Shown: in pieces, positions 1-8,006 of the stretch
Layout: each line of letters starts with the position of its first letter
How positions within the stretch are numbered: the stretch's first letter is position 1
Assembly (NCBI GenBank): GCA_020532515.1
Contig: JAJBAY010000001.1
Location: 26,214 to 90,213, forward strand
Length of the DNA stretch: 64,000 nucleotides
Origin: Candidatus Cloacimonadota bacterium
Lineage (GTDB): Bacteria; Cloacimonadota; Cloacimonadia; Cloacimonadales; Cloacimonadaceae
Reading direction: 5' to 3'
The notes under the pieces: generated by a model
Seen by the model: the letters and a program-made list of their open reading frames with translations, nothing else
What the model was told of the DNA's origin: nothing
Databases searched by the model: none
Translations under genes and position numbers: made by a program

Positions 1-73
1 GAATCTTGCGCGCAATTGCTTGCGTATATTGAGAGCCGAAATCCAGGATAAGCACACTATCAGCCATGATCTT

Positions 74-700
74 TCACCTTACAAAGGGGTTGTTGAGCTT
101 TTCCATCCCGATCGTGGTGCGGGGGCCGTGACCGGGGAATACCACAGTGTCATCAGGCAGGATAAAGAGTTTGTTTTTGATCGAATCGATGATCTCTTCG
201 TGCGAGCCACGGGGAAAATCTGTGCGTCCGATGCTCATCTCAAACAGAGTATCTCCCGAAATCAGGAATTTACCTGTGAGCAGGCAGATGCCTCCAGGTG
301 TGTGACCGGGAGTATGAATCACCTTGAGCTGATGCTCGCCTAGCTCAATGATATCGCCATCTTTGAGGAGTCTGTCAGCCGCTTCCAGTTTTAGCGGAGT
401 GCCCATGAATTCACTGAGGTTCTTCTTGTTGTCCACCAGCATCTTTTGATCTGCTTCATGAATCATGATGGGGCAGGAGAGTGCCTCTTGAAAATAGCTG
501 TTTCCACCGATGTGATCGCCATGACCATGGGTGTTTACGATGCCTTGCACCTTCAGTCCACGCTCTTTGATCAGTTCCAAAAGTGAACTGTCCGGAGCCG
601 ATGGATCGATGAGCAGGGCCTGTTTGGTCTTCTCATCCCAGATCAGCCAGGTATTGGTCTGAAAGGCGGGTAAGAGCATAAATGCTTCGATTTTCAACAT
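74..700 (-). CDS. MBL-fold metallo-hydrolase (glyoxalase II-like)
   Basis: 208-aa ORF with zinc-ligand motif THGHGDHIGG (HxHxDH) and downstream HTPGH. It starts 11 nt after the stop of the upstream PP-loop gene on the same strand. Confidence 0.85.
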   Translation of the reverse strand: MLKIEAFMLLPAFQTNTWLIWDEKTKQALLIDPSAPDSSLLELIKERGLKVQGIVNTHGHGDHIGGNSYFQEALSCPIMIHEADQKMLVDNKKNLSEFMGTPLKLEAADRLLKDGDIIELGEHQLKVIHTPGHTPGGICLLTGKFLISGDTLFEMSIGRTDFPRGSHEEIIDSIKNKLFILPDDTVVFPGHGPRTTIGMEKLNNPFVR

Positions 701-711
701 GTTATATCCTT

Positions 712-1710
712 TTAATCATAAGAAATTATATATTGTTTGACCAGTTCGAGCTTGTCTTTTTGCCCTACATGTTCTTTTGATTTGTCCCCTTGTCGGACAT
801 TGATGGTTCCACTTTGGGGAGCTTTGGGGTGATAGGTCCAAAATATATTCAAGGCTAAAGTCATAATTTGGGGATCGGTAAGTTCTCCAGTCAAAAGCCC
901 TAGTGGTCCCATTTGATCTTTGGCCAGGAGCACAGTGTAACCTTCGCTGATGCGTTCCAAACAGCCGTTTTCCCTCTCATCTCTGCCAATGATGAGTTTA
1001 ACGGATTCATCCAGGCGAAAGTGCCGGCCATACTTCAAGAGTTCCAGATTCTCTACGTCCATTTGCTGGTGAGAGATCAGATCTTGCAGCCGCAGTGTGT
1101 AATTCTTGTCTGTAAGCAGGCAGCCTCCAGCCGGTGGAGGAAAGCGGGTGATGCCAAGCTCTTCAGCCAGTTGCAATTGCCTGACGCGTCCTCTGCCATG
1201 AATATCCAACATATCATCCAGATCTACCCAGCCTTCGCGCAGGGGAGCAGTTTCCCGCAGCAGCTTCTGACAGAGTGGGCGGATGATGAGATCGCGATAG
1301 CCGCTGAGATTTCCCACCTGATTCATGGCATTGACGCGTTGGCTCATCGGCCTTTGCCCCAAAACCTCTCCGGAGATCAGGTAGTGGGCGTCCAATTCAT
1401 CCAGCATAGCTCCCGCCGTGCGAAACATCAAAGCATGACAATCTATACAGGGATTAAGGTTTTTGCCAAAACTGGTATTGGGATCATGCATCATCTTGAG
1501 ATGTTCTGTAGTGATATCGCGAATGATGAGATCGAGACCGTTGTCCCGGGCAGATTCCAAGGCTCTTTCAATAGGCATATAGGGCGTGAGGAAATATACC
1601 GGATACACCTTGTAACCGGCCTTCTGCATCCATTTCACGGCGAGCAGGCTATCCAGCCCGCCTGAAAACAGAGCAATTGCTGCATAATCGGATTTATTTT
1701 GCTTCATCAT
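712..1710 (-). CDS. PP-loop ATP pyrophosphatase, MnmA/ThiI-like thiolation family (putative)
   Basis: 332-aa ORF with an N-terminal PP-loop SGGLDS and a Cys-containing CIDCH segment. The subfamily cannot be assigned by eye. Confidence 0.7.
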   Translation of the reverse strand: MMKQNKSDYAAIALFSGGLDSLLAVKWMQKAGYKVYPVYFLTPYMPIERALESARDNGLDLIIRDITTEHLKMMHDPNTSFGKNLNPCIDCHALMFRTAGAMLDELDAHYLISGEVLGQRPMSQRVNAMNQVGNLSGYRDLIIRPLCQKLLRETAPLREGWVDLDDMLDIHGRGRVRQLQLAEELGITRFPPPAGGCLLTDKNYTLRLQDLISHQQMDVENLELLKYGRHFRLDESVKLIIGRDERENGCLERISEGYTVLLAKDQMGPLGLLTGELTDPQIMTLALNIFWTYHPKAPQSGTINVRQGDKSKEHVGQKDKLELVKQYIISYD

Positions 1711-1903
1711 CTGTTCCTATGCATTAAAGTAGCTTTTATCTGTCAAGACTTTTGCGGGATTTGCATATACTCCCATTTCCCCAGAAGGCCAGATTTTCAT
1801 CCATATTGCCGCCTCTAAAAGGCTCATTTTGTGTTATCAGAGCAAAGCGCTCCCCCTATTTTTCAATTTTCAAAATTCAATTCTCCATTATATAACTTTT
1901 TAC

Positions 1904-1932
1904 TTGACAGCAAGATCGCCGAATATTATCTA
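1904..1932 (+). promoter_or_regulatory. candidate sigma70-type promoter (TTGACA-17 nt-TATCTA)
   Basis: TTGACA at 1904-1909 and TATCTA at 1927-1932, about 30 nt upstream of the ATG at 1964. The same TTGACA box recurs upstream of several other operons in the window. Confidence 0.4.
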
Positions 1933-1963
1933 TCATGAAAGACTAAAATACAGCGGAGGTATT

Positions 1964-4099
1964 ATGGCACGCCTGCTCAAAGCCATTTTGTTTATGTCAC
2001 TTGTTTTTTATTTGTTTTCGTGTGAGAAGCACACTCTTCTGGGGCCCAATCCTACCGTAGAAACAGGTTTAAGTTTCACCGAAGAGAAGCTCCTCTTGAG
2101 TTCTGGAGAATACATCTATCGTCAAAGTTGTAATGTAGAAACCAAGGACGCTAAAGCATTGCATTTTGCATACAAAATCACCACCTTGAAAGCTGAGCCC
2201 CTACCTGGTTTTAGTACCGATGCTGAGGGTTGGCTGATCTTTGCAGGTTTTGGCATCTGGACCTTCGATAGTCAGCTTAGCATCGATTTCACTTCTGTAC
2301 AGGGGAAGATCGAAGATTTGATTACTGGCGTACAGGTCAAAATCAAACATTCCGATGGGCAGATTGAAGAGCTGGAATCATCCTTTAAAAGTAGCCGGTT
2401 GATTAGCAGCTGGATTGAGGTTTCTTTTTCTTCTGGTGCCCAGGTCCCTGCCGGATTGGAATTCCCTATGAAAGAATCAATCGGTGATATCTATGTGGAT
2501 GGGATGTATGCTCATCACTTTATGTACAGATTGAATATCTTGAATGAGGCTTTGGATGTGATACAGGCGGGAAGCTGGTATAGTTCGATAGACAGCCCCG
2601 ATATTCGTAAAGTACATCTATCGCTAAATACTACTCCTGCTTTGAATTTCAATGCGCCCGGCACTTTTACTCAGTTCGAATGTTATGTGGTAAGCAGAAC
2701 CGGAGTAGAACAGGATGGGCCGACCTCGATTTACTTCCAGGTAGTTGAAGGTAATCAACCTGTGGCCCTGATCTATCCGCAAACCTTTTTGGGACAGGGG
2801 CAATATCATTATAGCATTGTAAACGATACTCCCGCTTACATGATAAACCCCATCCCACCCAATGGAGACAGACATAACCGTGAGTTTTGGACTTCTAACT
2901 ATGGTCTTGAAGCCATCAACTCACAGGATTTTAAGCTGCATCTACGCTGGGGATACAGTGGTCAATACGGTAACATTTCCTTTAATGGTGACTTGGTTGT
3001 TACAAACAACCCCTTTGACCGGGAAATGAACCATGTCCTGAATCCCAGTGGAATAAACTATCATGGCCACATCACTGCCTTCTGGTTGCGCTTGGATGGA
3101 GCTCCCTTCCCTGCTCAAGCTCAGTTTTTTAATCCGCAGATAATCACCGACAGCGAGGGCAATTCCTGGCTGAGAGTAGCCAATTTCAACGACAACTGCC
3201 GGCATTGCATCTTGCAGAATCTGGACAGCGGAAATCACGTGGTGGAACTCAAAGTGGAAGACCTTCAGGGCGTTCTTAGTGAAACTGCCCAAAAGATCTT
3301 TAATCTTTACGCCTATAAGACTCCTCAGCAAAGATCTGGCATTCTGGTGATAGATGGCAGCCCAAACAACCCCAATAATTCTCCTGAAGCCTTTGTTGAT
3401 GCTTTTTATACAGCTGTTACACCCACTGCCTGGGGACCTGTAAACCAAGCGGACCTGTCTGTAATCGCATCAGGAAAGATATCTTCGGTTGCATTACAAA
3501 ATTACAGGGCTGTCCTGATGCATAGTGATAATCCTTCCACCGGTATGGACCTCAGAGCGCAGGTGGATGCTCTGGAGATTTATCTGGGGAATCAGGGCAA
3601 TCTGATCTGGAGTGGCACCTCTCAGATGGCCAATAGGTTGGGCGATATCCCCCCAGATTTTCGCACGAGCAGGCTTGGCATCAGCAATTTGGGAGGAATA
3701 AGCACTATCTCCAGTTTCTCACATAGCTTTTTCATAAATGCCATAGGTCAGATGGGGTTGGATGATATCCCGCTGAACCTCAGTTACCCTTTCAATCCTA
3801 TGGTGAATGTAAGACAAGGATTCTCTTCGCTCACCTTGTTTGACCCCAGCCTGAATCTGGACTGGCTATATGCCTTTGGCTGCAAGCCTGTAGATCATCC
3901 TACCTTTCCTCCCACTCAGGAACAATATGATCTGTATAGCTCCAAATATGTAACTTATAAATATGAAAATAACGGCAGCTCTGTGGTTGTCTTTGGATTC
4001 CCTCTTTCCTATATGGAGCAGACGCCGGTGGCAAACTCGCTGAATACACTTTTTGATGATATCTTAGGCAATTCCGTAGCCCAAAGGAGGAACAAATGA
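1964..4099 (+). CDS. large lipoprotein, paralogue of 40054..42561 product
   Basis: ATG at 1964 is preceded by GGAGGT. Signal peptide plus lipobox (MARLLKAILFMSLVFYLFSC). I judged the ORF-track start at 1829 to be too far upstream. The C-terminal ~390 aa align by eye with the 40054 product (RWGYSGQYG/RWGWWGEYG, SGILVIDG/SGILIVDD, GCKPVDHPTFPPTQ/GCKPVDFPTSPPTQ). Confidence 0.8.
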   Translation: MARLLKAILFMSLVFYLFSCEKHTLLGPNPTVETGLSFTEEKLLLSSGEYIYRQSCNVETKDAKALHFAYKITTLKAEPLPGFSTDAEGWLIFAGFGIWTFDSQLSIDFTSVQGKIEDLITGVQVKIKHSDGQIEELESSFKSSRLISSWIEVSFSSGAQVPAGLEFPMKESIGDIYVDGMYAHHFMYRLNILNEALDVIQAGSWYSSIDSPDIRKVHLSLNTTPALNFNAPGTFTQFECYVVSRTGVEQDGPTSIYFQVVEGNQPVALIYPQTFLGQGQYHYSIVNDTPAYMINPIPPNGDRHNREFWTSNYGLEAINSQDFKLHLRWGYSGQYGNISFNGDLVVTNNPFDREMNHVLNPSGINYHGHITAFWLRLDGAPFPAQAQFFNPQIITDSEGNSWLRVANFNDNCRHCILQNLDSGNHVVELKVEDLQGVLSETAQKIFNLYAYKTPQQRSGILVIDGSPNNPNNSPEAFVDAFYTAVTPTAWGPVNQADLSVIASGKISSVALQNYRAVLMHSDNPSTGMDLRAQVDALEIYLGNQGNLIWSGTSQMANRLGDIPPDFRTSRLGISNLGGISTISSFSHSFFINAIGQMGLDDIPLNLSYPFNPMVNVRQGFSSLTLFDPSLNLDWLYAFGCKPVDHPTFPPTQEQYDLYSSKYVTYKYENNGSSVVVFGFPLSYMEQTPVANSLNTLFDDILGNSVAQRRNK

Positions 4100-6084
4100 A
4101 ACGCCTGTTCGTAAGCCTCATCTGCCTTTGCTCTGTGTGCGCCTTTGCTCTGCCCTATGTCGAAGCAGACTCAGACAGGACGCTGAATACTCAGACTCAC
4201 GATAACGGTAGCATTTCGATCACTAATACCAACTATGGATACCAGGAAGATATGCAGGGTAGGGGCGGTCAGCAATTGATCTACCAATCTGCCAATTGGA
4301 TCTCCGGCAAGAAACAGCGTCGGGACGGGCTGGGACGCCTTTTGTATTGGCTTACATATCCCCCCACAAGCGTTAACAACCAAATTATTAACCAGGATAA
4401 TCCGCTGTGGACACCGGACCTGATCATAGTGCAGGATTCCCTTACTACGGTAGGATACGATGGAGATTTAGACCTATATGAATTCCTGCCGGCATACAAC
4501 CCCCTTCTTGTGGCAAATGTTCTTTACCAAGTCTATAACGCTCAGGATAGGGTATTGCAAAGCATCATGGGAAGTCCGGCCCCGCTACCCTTTGATCCCT
4601 TTGGCAGCACCAATTTCTGCTTTTCCATCCCTCAAGCAGGCACTTTTGAAACTCCCGGCTTTATCACGGATAGCGCCTACTATTATGATTACTGCCCCTT
4701 TGGGACGGTAGGCGATAGGGATTTTGGAGCCTCGAGCAGCCGCAGCACACATTATCCGCTTGGTTTGGCCGTGCACCAACAGAGTTTCTCCTGGAATCTG
4801 CAGGATCATGACAAGATGCTGGTCAATAAATATACCGTGTATAATACTAATGAACTTGATGCCATCGAAGACTTGGCTCTTTCGCATTTTGTGGATGCGG
4901 ATCTTGGCCCTTCTTCCTGGGGAGTAGTAATAGCCCCAGACGACGCATCCGGCTATGTAAAAGGTGCAGGCTATGAATTTGCCTATAGCCGGGATTTCGA
5001 TGGAGATGGGGGCTTGTCGCCCCAGTATATTGCCAGCAAACTGTTCATTCCGGATTTCAATGATAGAGCTGAGCGTCATGCCTGGTACTGGAGAGTAGGC
5101 GATGGTCCGGACGATCATGATGCCAGGAATTTTAATACCTACAATCCTTGCACCTCGAATGAAAAATATTGGCTGGCCACTGGCTGCAATCCGACGTCTG
5201 ATAACAAATATTCTGCATTGCGTTCTGAAGACCCGGATATAATGGAATACGAACAAGCTTCACCCAATGATACCAGGTTCTTGAATACCATGCATGGCGT
5301 CCTTCCCGATCACCCAAACTACGATGTAACCGACGCCCAGGGCAACTTCATCCATCGCCTCTATCTGGAACCTCAGGAGTCTCTCATTTATTATGCCGTC
5401 CTCTTCGTGGGTGAATCGCTGGAGGAGCTCAAGACCCAATCTCAGCAAATTGAAGCCTTTTTGACAGACGGCCTGCAGATCGATCCCAATGCCGATCTTA
5501 GCTGTATTCCCTATCTGGCTCCCATTCGGCCTCAGTTACCGGATACCTTCAATCTCACTTGGTATTCACATACCAATCCAGATCATTTTGAAGTGGCATA
5601 CAAGGAATATGGTGCGCCCTGGAGCAGTTGGAATGTGATCAATCTGTCCGGAACTGCAAGAAATTATAGCTTCTCCGGAATGGACGCTACCACCTGGTAC
5701 GAATTCAAAGTCGGATCTGTGTATTACACTCCGAATGAAGTCTATCTGGAAAGCGGGGTCAAGCTGGCAAATCTCAGCTACACCAGTATCGAAGATGCTT
5801 TGGTGCCCTATCTCCCCCTGGTGAGAAACTATCCTAATCCCTTCAGAGCATCCACGAATATAGAATGTGTACTCAAACAGCCTGCCAAACTGAGCTTTGA
5901 GATCTACAACCTCCGTGGCCAAAAAGTGCGCAGCCTGGATGAAGGAATCTACGGCGCGGGCACTCATAACTTAGCCTGGGATGGCAAAGACGATGGCAGT
6001 AAAAACTGCGCCAGCGGAGTCTATTATCTGCGCTTGAATTCTGGAGGTAAGGTCAGCAGGCACAAAATGCTGCTGATCAAGTAG
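4096..6084 (+). CDS. secreted protein with FN3-like segment and T9SS-type (type A / FlgD-Ig-like) C-terminal sorting domain
   Basis: ATGA overlap with the upstream lipoprotein gene. Signal peptide MKRLFVSLICLCSVCAFA. C-terminal pattern NYPNPF...IYNLRGQKV...WDGKDD...SGVYYLRL...KMLLIK. Confidence 0.85.
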   Translation: MKRLFVSLICLCSVCAFALPYVEADSDRTLNTQTHDNGSISITNTNYGYQEDMQGRGGQQLIYQSANWISGKKQRRDGLGRLLYWLTYPPTSVNNQIINQDNPLWTPDLIIVQDSLTTVGYDGDLDLYEFLPAYNPLLVANVLYQVYNAQDRVLQSIMGSPAPLPFDPFGSTNFCFSIPQAGTFETPGFITDSAYYYDYCPFGTVGDRDFGASSSRSTHYPLGLAVHQQSFSWNLQDHDKMLVNKYTVYNTNELDAIEDLALSHFVDADLGPSSWGVVIAPDDASGYVKGAGYEFAYSRDFDGDGGLSPQYIASKLFIPDFNDRAERHAWYWRVGDGPDDHDARNFNTYNPCTSNEKYWLATGCNPTSDNKYSALRSEDPDIMEYEQASPNDTRFLNTMHGVLPDHPNYDVTDAQGNFIHRLYLEPQESLIYYAVLFVGESLEELKTQSQQIEAFLTDGLQIDPNADLSCIPYLAPIRPQLPDTFNLTWYSHTNPDHFEVAYKEYGAPWSSWNVINLSGTARNYSFSGMDATTWYEFKVGSVYYTPNEVYLESGVKLANLSYTSIEDALVPYLPLVRNYPNPFRASTNIECVLKQPAKLSFEIYNLRGQKVRSLDEGIYGAGTHNLAWDGKDDGSKNCASGVYYLRLNSGGKVSRHKMLLIK

Positions 6085-6109
6085 AGGAGAACTGCAGGTA
6101 TAATTTGAA

Positions 6110-6150
6110 GTAGGGGAGCCCCAGAGTGGATTGCTCCCCTACCTTCTTTT
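6110..6150 (+). terminator. rho-independent terminator
   Basis: 10-bp stem GTAGGGGAGC / GCTCCCCTAC (6110-6119 / 6133-6142) followed by CTTCTTTT, 26 nt after the stop at 6084. Confidence 0.7.
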
Positions 6151-6260
6151 AAGGCATAGACTTGTCTTTGGCGGACCTTCGACTCGAGATGACTCGAGCC
6201 CTCGAGTGAATCCGAGTTAAAGATGCGATAAAATCGTGTAGAACGGTGGGGCGGGGATTG
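6151..6260 (-). repeat. CTCGAG-rich intergenic repeat, copy A (reverse orientation)
   Basis: Core TTCGACTCGAGATGACTCGAGCC at 6178-6199, nearly identical to copy B at 30562-30583. The flanks align with copies C and D as the reverse complement. Confidence 0.75.
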
Positions 6261-6369
6261 AGATCTTGCAGGGGCAATAAATAGAAATATCGAGGTTCCC
6301 AAGCTATTCTTAAGTTGACAAAATAAACTCGATTTATTAACTGGTTAATTGATTATAAATGGAGTGATT

Positions 6370-8001
6370 ATGGCTGAAATAACGTTTAAAGATATAGTGA
6401 GTTTTATCGAACAGTCGTCAACCAATGCTTTGGCTACAAGGCATTATCCTAAGGAATATGCAGAATTGGATGTGAAAGTAGGCTTTGGACAAGGAACTCC
6501 CGCCCAGATTCCTTGGATAGCGTTCCTAGGCTTTGGTCAGCTTGTGTCAGAGGGGATCTATCCCGTGCTGCTGTATTATAAGACCGAAAGAATATTATTC
6601 CTTGCCTACGGTTTGAGTGCAACCAAGCCTCCGAAAGATAATTGGGTATTCTCTGGCCAAACTCCTCAAACCATAGAGGAGTATTATGCATCGCAAGATA
6701 TGGGTAAGCCTCCAAAATATAAAGAATCTTATGTCTATAAATCTTATGCTATTCAGCAAGATGATCCCAACGCAGGACTTGATGAGAATCTTATCATGTC
6801 TGATCTGGCCACTATCGTGAAACAATACAAATCTCAATTAGCAGGGAAAGAGGAGATGGCTATGAAAGGAAATCCAATAACCAATGCCGCTACACTAAAC
6901 TGGGTAGATAGCTTTCTAGAGGATGCCATAGCGGCCCAGTTCATGATCAGCAGAGATATGGTCCTACGCTTTACTGCATCACTTTTGACTAAGCCTTTTG
7001 TAATTCTTACTGGCTTATCTGGGTCTGGAAAAACGAAACTGGCACAAATCTTTGCAAAGTGGATTTGCGCTTCTGAAAATCAATATAGGTTGGTTGCGGT
7101 TGGTGCAGATTGGACAAATAGAGAGCCTCTTTTGGGCTATCCCAACGCACTAAACCCAAATGAGTACGTGAAGCCAGACACGGGAGTGCTGGATCTCATC
7201 ATCGAAGCGGCCAAGTCAGAAAACTTAAAAAAGCCTTACTTTCTGATCTTGGATGAAATGAATATGAGCCATGTGGAGCGGTACTTTGCAGATTTCTTAA
7301 GCTCTATGGAATCTGGAGAAGAGGTATTCTTGCATCCCAATAGTAAAGCTATAAGCGGAGTACCATCGGCGCTGGCGCTAAGTAAGAATCTTTTTATCGT
7401 GGGAACAGTGAACATCGATGAAACCACATATATGTTCAGTCCTAAAGTTCTTGATCGAGCCAGTGTGATTGAGTTTAGAGTGTCCTCGCAAGACATGGAT
7501 CAATACCTACAGGGGCAGAATAGCAGCGGAATTCACATGGACATAGGTTTGGGTAAGAGGTATTCTGATATTTTTATGGAATTGGCTGCCGCGGGGTACC
7601 AGCCTCAAGACTTCACTCGAAATAGCTTGATGAAGTTTTTTGAAGAGCTTGAGAAGATAGGCGCTGAGTTTGGCTATCGCACTGCTTACGAAATCAACAA
7701 GTTCTGCGGAGTTGTTAGAGGGATTGATGCTGATATCAAAGAGGAAAAGATTCTTGATTTTGCCATCATGCAAAAGCTTCTGCCGAAGGTGCACGGGTCG
7801 CGTCGAAAACTGGAGCCTGTACTGAGAAAGATGATTGAACTGTGTTTGGAAGATAAAAGCCTCTTTGACGATCTTATCCAAAAAAAGAAGGAAGTAGAAT
7901 CAAGTGATCCTGCGATAAGGTATCCTTTATCACTGAGAAAGATACTAAGAATGTATTGGGGCATGACGGATAACGGATTCACCAGCTATACAGAGGCGTA
8001 G
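6370..8001 (+). CDS. McrB-like AAA+ GTPase with DUF3578/MrcB_N-like N-terminal domain
   Basis: ATG at 6370 follows GGAG. The N-terminal pattern VKVGFGQGTPAQIPWIAFLG...GIYPVLLYYK is DUF3578-like. Walker A is LTGLSGSGKT, Walker B is FLILDEMN, and GTVNIDETT sits at the position of the McrB GTMNTAD motif. Confidence 0.85.
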   Translation: MAEITFKDIVSFIEQSSTNALATRHYPKEYAELDVKVGFGQGTPAQIPWIAFLGFGQLVSEGIYPVLLYYKTERILFLAYGLSATKPPKDNWVFSGQTPQTIEEYYASQDMGKPPKYKESYVYKSYAIQQDDPNAGLDENLIMSDLATIVKQYKSQLAGKEEMAMKGNPITNAATLNWVDSFLEDAIAAQFMISRDMVLRFTASLLTKPFVILTGLSGSGKTKLAQIFAKWICASENQYRLVAVGADWTNREPLLGYPNALNPNEYVKPDTGVLDLIIEAAKSENLKKPYFLILDEMNMSHVERYFADFLSSMESGEEVFLHPNSKAISGVPSALALSKNLFIVGTVNIDETTYMFSPKVLDRASVIEFRVSSQDMDQYLQGQNSSGIHMDIGLGKRYSDIFMELAAAGYQPQDFTRNSLMKFFEELEKIGAEFGYRTAYEINKFCGVVRGIDADIKEEKILDFAIMQKLLPKVHGSRRKLEPVLRKMIELCLEDKSLFDDLIQKKKEVESSDPAIRYPLSLRKILRMYWGMTDNGFTSYTEA

Positions 8002-8006
8002 AAGAT

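Noticed and set aside
913-1665. 250-aa plus-strand ORF
   Set aside because: Antisense to the PP-loop ATPase gene, which carries the SGGLDS motif. There are no motifs, no SD and no sensible start context.
4585-5256. 223-aa minus-strand ORF inside the T9SS-tail protein gene
   Set aside because: Antisense to a gene with a signal peptide and conserved sorting tail. The composition is odd (Ile/Arg/Gly-rich).
6024-6302. 92-aa minus-strand ORF, and its counterpart 30460-30648 (62 aa), both crossing CTCGAG repeat copies. They might have encoded a repeated small protein.
   Set aside because: The translated peptides of copies A and B are dissimilar. Copy D has an in-frame stop in the corresponding frame. 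Similarity is at the nucleotide and structure level, so the repeat is treated as non-coding.
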